From assembly GCA_964016885.1 (NCBI GenBank), contig OZ024761.1, forward strand, positions 17,980,001 to 18,044,000: 64,000 bases of DNA. The letters are read 5' to 3'. The notes beneath the pieces are model-generated. The model did no database searches, was not told where the DNA came from, and worked only from the letters and a program-made list of their open reading frames with translations. The translations under genes were made by a program, and so were the position numbers. Each line of letters opens with the position of its first letter. The stretch's first letter is position 1. This stretch comes from Eledone cirrhosa (lineage: Eukaryota). Shown here piece after piece: positions 38,901 through 55,505 of the stretch.

Positions 38901-41840
38901 TCTTTAGTCAATGCAAACTCTGGCCCCGCACACACACGTAGCACTAGCTATACTGTATCTGTTCTGTCACGCTTGACTGCTTGTGTTGCGGCTGGCATGC
39001 CACGCATGCGTTCACCCTCGGATGTACATCGGTCGTCTTGCTTAGCGAAATCTCACAGTGCCCAGTCTCTGAAGAATTTTGATGAAGCCAGCACCGAAGA
39101 CAAACTGACCATTGTTACTCAGATGTTTTGGATGGCCGTTTCCATGTTGGAATCGGACTACGACTATGAGTTCCACCTTGCTATCAAACTCCTCGACAAG
39201 ATCCTAAAACACTTGCAACCCGAGAGACCTGAATGTCGCGAGAAGCTCGATAAAATATTGCAACAGATAAAATGGAATAACTTCCCCGGTGTGCAGATTC
39301 TGCTCTTAAAAGGCTGCACTTCACATGCATTAGCAGAACCAACATGGCTCCTTTTATCCCAGTTGACTCTCTGCATCAACGCTCCAGTTATGGACCCCAG
39401 CGGGGCTCTCGGTTTCCCCATCAACGTCATTGCATTACTGCCTTATTTAATACACCACTACGAGAACCCGAGTTCAGAATGTCGTGAAGCTGCCGACCGA
39501 ATTAGTCAAATGTGTGGCCAGCAGTCTGAGAAACTACACAACCTCGCCACTGTCATGTCACTCTATAGTCGAGGCACTTTCAATAAAGACAGCTCACAGT
39601 GGACCAAATGTGTAGTGAAATACCTGCTTGATGTGTACGCATGCACCAGTCTTAGCATGATTACATTCCTTGTTGAGGTTTTGGAACGAGGACCAATTAA
39701 TTACCAGCCAGACATTCTTCAGATTCTCCACTGTATTGTACATTACGTTGATTTCAACACAACTTGTAAAAAGGTTCTGAACCAGCAACTCTTCTGTCCC
39801 GTGTCACGCCATACCAAAGGGATCCACTGGAAAGAAGCTTTGAAGATCCTAAAGCTGGCAGTCACTCGCTCATCCACTCTTGCTGCTGCTTTTCCAAGTG
39901 GTGGAGATGCTGGAGGAGGCACGCCTGGAAACCGTTCATCTTTTGTAGCAGATACCGGAATCTTCCGCAAGAAAGAGTTGCCAGGACTAACACTAGACTT
40001 CACGGTGGACTTGACCAATCGGGCATTGATTGGCCACAAGTATCTTGGTATTGACTTGTACCCCAAGGAGGACAACAAGAACGTCAGCCTTCTGTCGATA
40101 AGTCGTAAACATTCCGGTAACCAAGACTATGAGTCATCCTGGAAGAAGCCGATGATGTCACAGACTCGCACACGGGAACGGTTGATCAGCCTGCTAAACT
40201 ATTTCGGACAGCGCATTGGGCTGCCGAAGAGCCCGTCAGTGATATTCAGCCAGTCTAGTGACCAACAACACAGCGTAACCTCCAGTGGTGAAGAGACATC
40301 AATCCCAGAAACACCGTCAAATGACGCCTTGTTGAGCGACACCAACAGCAGTGACCTCATGATGACCTTCAAAAGGTTTGACTTCCTTGACAACGAACTA
40401 GAGAAAGACGAGCCAAATGATGACTATTTCTCGTTGGGCGATCGGTGCCAGTCATTTAACCTGCACAGCTCCGAGATTTCCTCAAAGACCACATTTGGAA
40501 GCTCCCCTGAATTGAAGCTACAGGACAGCATAGAAGACCTGAAAGGTATAATAACGAGTGATATCAATTGTTTACTTGAAGTATCAACTTCTGATGAAGA
40601 ATCGCAAACTCCTGGTGCTGATGACGATGGAATGCCTCGGGACCTTCCTTCGAGCAGCTCGTCAGCCATGCTACAAGCCGATACGATGATCGAGCGAGAC
40701 ACATCTAGTCCTGTGCTTGTGGCCACCTCTTCTAATAGCTCCCCCAGCGAAATAGATCTGATGGTGCTCAGTTCCAGCACATCCCGTGCACTGAGTCTTG
40801 CAAGCCTCGGCGCCATCTACTTCACAATACCCCCTGATGAAGCATGGCAGACTCATCTACACCAAGTGCTCACGGATTCTTCAGTATCGTTGACCAGTGC
40901 CACCTGCCTCATCTTCCCACGTCTTTATAACGAGCACAAGAAGTGTGTAGCTGGCCTAACACAGGAGGCTTGCTCATATATCGGTGAACATGACAATCTA
41001 CAAGAACTCACCAGCAAGTTCATGCATATCCTCGACACACTGTTTTCGCAGATGGAATGTCCGTATGTGTTTGTCCAGCCGGAATCCCTTCTGGAAAACA
41101 GCATCATTGACCGACACAAGTTCTGCGTCCTAGAGATTCAGGAATGTTTGGAAATGTTGAGCATGCGACTGACTCAAGCAGAGCAGTGCCTCGAAACGAT
41201 GAAGTCGATGACATTTCTCGAGCCTCTAAATGAAGGTGCCGCCTCAGCAGAGGCGAGGAATACCAGTGTTGATGACCAGAAGGGGGAGATGTGTCGGCAG
41301 CTTTACAAACTGCTTTTCCAGTTGGTGCTGCTCTTTGAAAGCTTCATCAAGGTTGTCGATATCTTCCAGAACCTGACATTGACTGGTCAAGCGCTAGATA
41401 TGTCCGGCCAGCTGGCAGCCATGAAGCAGGAGCTGGCTGCCAGCCTGTCGGAGCTTCAGGCAGGTCACACATCACCGTTGTACTTTGACACTCAAATCAC
41501 ACCGAAGCAAGAGGCCATGGCATATCTGTTGGAGTACCTGCAAGGGAAGCAACACCTGAGCACACTGCAACTCTTGAGAATGTTCCGTTACCAATGGCCC
41601 TCGGACGTTTTTGGAACCACTGAAGACGATGACATCATAGCTTTATTGAACATCTACTGCAGCTGTGTTGCTCAGACAACTGGTATATTTGTGCTAATAC
41701 GTCCAGAACCAGACTTTGGACAAGTGTACAGCCTACTGATGGAAGTAAACAGCCTGTTGTCTTCAAGATGGCCCCATTTAGTGTGTCATATCCACAGAAA
41801 CGAAATCAGTATTAAACCATCAGATTCTAGTACATTCTAG
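32928..41840 (+). CDS. FRY: Protein furry homologue (FRY/FRYL, MOR2-PAG1 family), about 2970 aa, single coding exon
   Basis: Uninterrupted ORF; first ATG at 32928, second caaATGG at 32934. Conserved furry segments: [104 protein letters not shown].TLDF and [10 protein letters not shown]. Confidence 0.96.
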   Translation: [2970 protein letters not shown]

Positions 41841-42557
41841 AAAACATCATTGTAAAAAGAATAACAAAAAAAAACTATTATTTTCTTTCAAAACAAAAAA
41901 AAAATACAACAAAAACAACTGAATCAACTCATTTTAACAGTCGAATAATGTGTGGTAAACTTGATATGTCATCCGGTTTAACACCACCACCTGAGCCCTT
42001 GGGTGACTTTAGCAGAATCTATTCTGTTGCAACCAAACAGACCCAGGTTTCCGGATTGAGGATACTTACTTTCCTCTTGCCCCCTTTCCCCCACTCACAC
42101 CATTTGTGGAGGGCCCTGAAAAGGCTCAAGGACCTTGCCCTCTCCTCCCTAAATAAACAGTGAAAAAACAAACAAAATTTTTTATTTAAAAAAATACAAA
42201 GCATTTTTTTAATTTTAATTTTTTTTTTAATTTTAAATTCAAGTAAGGATTTTATTTGTGAGAAAAAAACAATTAAAATAATGTAAATTTTAAAAAATAT
42301 CAAAATAAATTAAAACAAAAAGCCAAATAAGTGAAAACTGTTGTGAATCTCATTGAGATGTGATCTGGGTTTGAAACAAGAACCTATGAGACCAAACTGA
42401 ACTGAATAACTTTGTACCTTTGACTCTGTCAGAATAACTGCTGCTTAATGCATATTTTCGAGATAAAAGTTTACCAAAAGGATTTATTGTCAGTGTTGTG
42501 TTTTTTACATATTTTTTTTACAAGATTTTACTTCATTTTTAACATATTTATTATTAC

Positions 42558-43835
42558 AGATTGGCAGAGCGTCGGACACCATGCTTCCCTGCATAGAGTT
42601 ACGGCTCTTTACGGTCTGATTTCAAATCCTGCCAAGGTTACCTTTGCTTTTCGTTCTTACGGGGGCGATAAATTAAAGTACCAGTAATGCATTGGGGTTG
42701 ATTTAATTGACTTTATCCTCCCCTCCAAAAAATTGTTGGCCTTGTGTCTAAATCAGAAACCATTATTATTATTATTGAGGATTGGCAGTATCGGTAGAGG
42801 GTCGGAGGCCAAGCTTTGCAGCATAGAGTTACGACCCTTTATGATCTGAGTTCAAATCCGGCCAAAGTTAACTTTGCCTTTCATCCTTACGGGGTCGATT
42901 AAATAAAGTACCAGTCACACACTGGGGTCGATTTAATCGACTCCCCCCCCCAATTGCTGGCCTTGTGCCTATATAAGAAACCATTATTATTGTTACGTCC
43001 CTTTACGATCTGAGTTCAAATCCGGCCGAGGTTGACTTTGCCTTTCATCCTTACGGGGGTCGATAAAATAAAGTACCAGTAATGCACTGGGTAATTGCTG
43101 GCCTTGTGCCTAAAGTAGAAACAATTATTATTGAGGGTGGTAGGTTGGCAAAGGTGTTACAGTGTTGGACAAATGGGTAACAGTGTTCAATTTCCACTGA
43201 GGTCAACATGCCTGTCATCCATCCCTTCAGGGTCGATAAAATAAAGTACCAGTCATTTGCTGGGGTCGATTAGAAACAATTATTATTGAGGGTGGTGGAT
43301 CGGCAGAATCGTTACAGTCAGATAAAAATGCTATGCAGCATTTAATTACAGTCCTCTACATTCTGAGTCCAAATCTTAACTTTGCCTTTCATCCTTCTGG
43401 GGTCAATAAAAGATAGTACTGGGGGGAGGGTCGATATAATCGACATTCCCCTTCCCACCAAGGTTTACTTTACCTTTCACCCTCACTACCATCATTGGTA
43501 TATTTAACTAGAGCTGTAAAATAAAAGGTAAGTTGAATCCAGTAAGATCCAGTTTCACCCAGTAAGAACCAGTTTCCATGACTGATTGGAGCCCATTCAC
43601 TTTACATAACACCTGTTAATGCTCTTGGGAGAGGCAAACCACTTAATTACATTAAGATACCCTGCCTTATCCTTCTATAAATTGTAATATCATTGTTGTT
43701 GATTGAGTTTAAATCCTGCTGAGGTTAGCTTTGTCGATAAATTATAGTACCAATAATGCACTGGGGTCAATTTATATTGACATAGGCCGCCCACTTAATT
43801 GTTGGCTTTGTGCCTTCTTCAGAAACCATTATTAA
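42558..43835 (+). mobile_element. Tandem cluster of tRNA-derived SINE family 2 copies
   Basis: Repeated ggattggcagtatcggtagag...gagttcaaatcc..ttgcctttcatccttacggggtcgataaaataaagtaccag modules (MetaSINE-like central domain). Further copies at about 8080, 20130, 47015 and 52590 (+), and 57225, 58338, 60590 and 63032 (-). Confidence 0.8.
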
Positions 43836-44480
43836 GGACAGTAAGGATGGAGTGTCAAATAGAATCTTTGTAACCTATCATCACTGGATATATGATGTTA
43901 ATAGATGATGATCACCTGGTGTAGAATTGCCATTATGTTTCAGTGGAAGGAAACCAGAGTAGCGGAAGGAAGGTGGAGGTAGTGAGAGCTGATCTCAATG
44001 CTCAATCTCACAAAGAAGGTGACGAAAATTCGCAATGAGTAGAGGAAAGCTATGCTGGAAAAGACTCGTCCAAACCAAGGCAAGCACAGAAAAAGAGACA
44101 TAAAATGTTGATGTATGTGTGTGTGTGTAATTGGATTATGTCAGGTAAATCCGACAAAATATTTTCATTTTCTTATTTCGAAATCTGCCATCAATAAATA
44201 CCCTCTTTCTTTTAATTTTATCTTCACAGTGTGATAATCAGGGTATTTACTATCTCGGTTATATCTTTGATAAGCTTCCATACTTGAGGTTGCTGACAGT
44301 AAATTAATTGAATTAGTGTTCACCAGTTATGGTGGACGAATGCAATAAGTTGAGCCCACAATTTCCACTACCATGTTGCCACTAAGTGGGATGGCAATCT
44401 TTGGATAAAGGAACTGAAGAGAATATTTAGAATAAAAATTTACCATTTATGATCTTCTAACAGTAAAGAGTTAACTACCA

Positions 44481-44520
44481 ACAGGAAGTACCACGAAGCT
44501 GTTTCCAAACAACCGGAAGT
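44481..44520 (+). promoter_or_regulatory. ETS-type motifs in the LENG1 proximal promoter
   Basis: acaggaagt (44481-44489) and ccggaagt (44513-44520), 54-90 nt upstream of the LENG1 ATG. Confidence 0.45.
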
Positions 44521-44573
44521 TTACGCAAATAACATCAAACTTGCTGGTCTGTTTTTAACAAATCTCAATTAAA

Positions 44574-51543
<6,970 letters not shown>

Positions 51544-53440
51544 GACATTGGGTGAATCCAGGGCTAAGGTCTTGTCCAGTAGAATCGAACTCAGAACTAC
51601 ATGGTTGCAGGATGGACTTCATAACCTCAAACTTTGCTCTGTAACATGTCCAACCCATGCTAGCTTGGAGAAACATATGAAAGGTATAATTTGGTTGTTA
51701 TTTCCAGCAGTTTAATCTACCATGTAGAGGCACAGTGGTGTTGATGTTACCTGGCTGCACTCTCTTTCTCTATTGTCCAGTCTAACTCGGTACACCAGAC
51801 GCTGTTGAGGTGAACTTAGCCAGAGCCCACAACGTACCACCCAGTCAAGGAATTGAACGCATGACATTATGATTATAAGTCCAACATAATCAGCGGATGT
51901 TTTGCTTCAGAACACAACACCCAGTCAAGAAATCGAACCTACAACATTATGATCATAAATCCAACACCCTAACTGCGCATCCTCCTTCACTATCGATGTA
52001 TGGTGTTGTAGTATTGTTCTGGGCATTTGAATATCATTTCTTATAGAACATGACTGTCAACAAATTGTACCCTTTGCATGGCCTGATGGTCTTCCATTTT
52101 TTATCATTTCTGTTACATTATGTAACTGTTCTATGCATAACCTGTGTTGATGTTTAGTGTGTTATTTAGGGTACTTTGTGGAGATTTAACCCTTTAGCAT
52201 TTGCCTTACTCTATATGTACTATTATATATTCACAGTAAAGTATTTTCCGCACATAATATCAAATCTATGAGATTTTGATATTATTTATTTTGAGAACAA
52301 TACCTTAACATCAGTATGAGCGGCTGGTTTGAACAGAAAGAGGTGAGAGAGTTCTGGCTGGATATGGCCGGTCTAAATGCTATAGGGTTAAGTGGGGCTG
52401 GTGGAATCCATATTGGATCCAATGTATTGTTTGTACACAATTGTTGTTTCTGTTGACCAAATATGGTACCTGTGGTTGCTGTTTGTACATCTTTGATGTT
52501 TCTGTTGACCAAATGTGTTACCTATGATTGCTGTTTGTACACCTTTCCTGTTGGTCAAATGAGATTGCACTAAATATGTCTGTACACCGTGGATTTTGGC
52601 AGTATCGGTAGAGGGTTGGACGTCGTGTTTTCCAGCATAATTATGTCCCTTTACGGTCTGAGTTCAAATCCCGTCAAGGTTAACTTTGCCTTTCATCCTT
52701 ACGGGGGTCGATAAAATAAAGTACCAGTAATACACTGGGTAATTGCTGGCCTTGTGCCAGCAACTATTGTTTGTGTGTTGCTGAAATGAGATTGTTTTAA
52801 GTGTCTTCTATGGAAGATATATATTGTCGGAGCAAGTGTAACTGTCTTCTCTGTATATATTGTAGGGAAGAATGTAACTGTCTTGTGTGTGTGTGTCAGT
52901 TCGTTGTGTTTGATGTTCTTTGCTGGATAAGACACATGCCATTTTAAAAAATCTATATAAAAAGTGATAAAATTAATAAAAAATGTTTTTATTAGGGTTT
53001 TTTTTTTTTTTGTGGTTAAACTTCATTTCTTTTTAACCCTGTCAACACCAGAATAGTTTTAGAATTTCTTTCAGTTGAAAATAGCAGAGATTCACATATT
53101 CTTTCTTTAACACAAGTGATAAATTTCTTTTAAAAAAACCTCTACCACTTTAAATAAATTGCCAAAGTTTTCATTTAATTATATATATAAAAAAATACAA
53201 TCAAATCCCAACAGAGAGCCCTCTCTGAACATATATATATATATAAAATCACATTTTTTAAGCCTAGTGTTGGATATATAATCTTCTAGAGCCAGCTTAT
53301 GGCATATGCGTGTTCAATTCTCATAGTTAAGACTGTCCACTATTTTCCATTTCTAGGGGCTTATATATCCAACATGTTAGATTATTTTTCATAGCTTAAA
53401 TTTCAAGTCTTTTCACTAACATAATATATATATATATATC

Positions 53441-53620
53441 CATATGTAGTTGACAGATGAGAGAAAAGAGTGCTCAATATCAAAGTAGAGTTTCAATAAT
53501 AATTTATTATGGTTCAGTAGTGAGTCTTGTTACTCTGGAGTATTACCTGCGCACACACTGTCATGTATGTGCAGATGAAACTACAGAGTAACAAAATTCA
53601 CTACTCAGCCAGAATAAATT
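53441..53620. mobile_element. Family B palindromic repeat copy
   Basis: Arms agtgagtcttgttactctg / cagagtaacaaaattcact and the tail gtcaactacata are shared with 19231-19385. Confidence 0.55.
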
Positions 53621-55505
53621 ATATATATATATAGCACATGAAAGTCACCGAATTTATTTCAGTGACTTTCAGCCACGACCCACTCAATGAGATAACAAGG
53701 ATGCAGTTGAGAAGCTGCATACTATAAATACAGAATGCACACAAATAGTGCATATTATGGCAATGTTCTGGTATTGATACCACTATATTGATCTCCTATA
53801 TATATATATATAATTAAATGTAATAATGGACAAGAACTTTGTCAAGTCTGAAACAATCCAAATGATTAAATGGTCAAATCCATGGTTCACTGCAATTGAA
53901 ATATTTATAAAAATTTCACTTGACCACACAACGAAAATGGTTTGATAACTCCAATATTCCCCATACACACATACACCAAAGTGGTTTGTTAACACAGGTG
54001 CCTCCATTTGACCACACACATACATACAGGAAAGTGGTTTGTTAACTCCAATATCATTCATTCACTTGACCACACACAGAGGAAAGTGGTTTATTAACAG
54101 GTATCTCCATTTGACCACACACAAGAAAATGGTTTTAAAACACAGGTGAGAGAGAGAGGTGGTTCGTTAACACAATGACATTTTATGTAGCCTTAGACAG
54201 AGAAAGGTGGCCAATACGTGACTAATACTTATTTTATCAACCTCAAAAGGATGAAAAGCAAAGTTGACTTCCGCAGAATTTGAACTCAGAAAGTAGGAAC
54301 AGATACCTCAAAGTATTCTATCCAACTTTCTAACAATTCTGGGAAAGTGGATGTTAAAAATGATATATATATATAAACACAGGCAGACGCACATGATAAT
54401 ATACACAATCCCATTAAAACATGGGCACAAAAGTTTGCCAACAACAAGATGTCGTTTAGCAAACAGTAAAAAAAAAAAGAAAACAAAACTATCTTTACTG
54501 AGGAGAGAAAGAAAAGGGAGATGAGAAGGAGAGAAAGAAATGAGGGAGATGAGAAGGATCGATATTAATCCACAGATGGGAGGAAATTGGATTAGGTTTT
54601 ATTTGTCTCGAGAGTAACATGTTATTGCCAAGGAAAGTGGTAAAGTGGTGCAGCATGTAAATCCGGTTTTTAGTGAGATAACAACTGCTATTATCATCAT
54701 CATCAATCAACATGACGACGACGTATTGGGCATTTCAGTAGAGTGGGGACGATGACAATAAAAGGCAAAATTGATATAGATGACATTCACTGTAAATGTG
54801 GTTGATGTGAGGAATGGCATCCAGCTGTAGAAATCAAGCCAGAAATGGTTCTGTGAGAGCAAGACACAGTCATCTGATCTGACTTGTCTCACAACGGGAC
54901 AACATGTCTAACCCATGCTAGCGTGGAAAATGGACGTGTGATGATGGTGACAAAGCAATGGAAATGTCACCCATCTGTAGTGCTCCCCCTAAACCACCAC
55001 TGTACCATGTCTGTTGAAGACAGGTATGCATTTACTTTTACAAAAAGGAATACAGTGAAACAGCCCCCAAAAGGGGTCAAACACAATCCAATGAAGACTG
55101 CAGGGGGCAAAGAACTCATGGCATGCCACAACCCAACAAGGACCAAACACAATCCAGTGAGGGCCATGCACAACCTAATAAGGGCCACACACTACTCACC
55201 AAGAGTCACACAACCTAACAAAAACCCATCAAGGGCTGCAAAACCAAACGGGCCATACATAACGCAACAAGATTTGGGGGTTTCCTGGAGGGATGTATAT
55301 TAGCTTAGTTTCACCAATAGCTACAGCAGTTAAAAAGTATGAATACCCAGACAACATGACATTACAGAGGTGAAAGGAGATCATTATGATTATTAAAGAT
55401 AGGTTATTTACAACAAGACAATAACAAAAAAAACATAAAAAATATCGTCCATCATTAACCAGTGGTAAATTGGTTGCCAGAGGTGAAGGGTGGGTTCTGA
55501 GTTTT

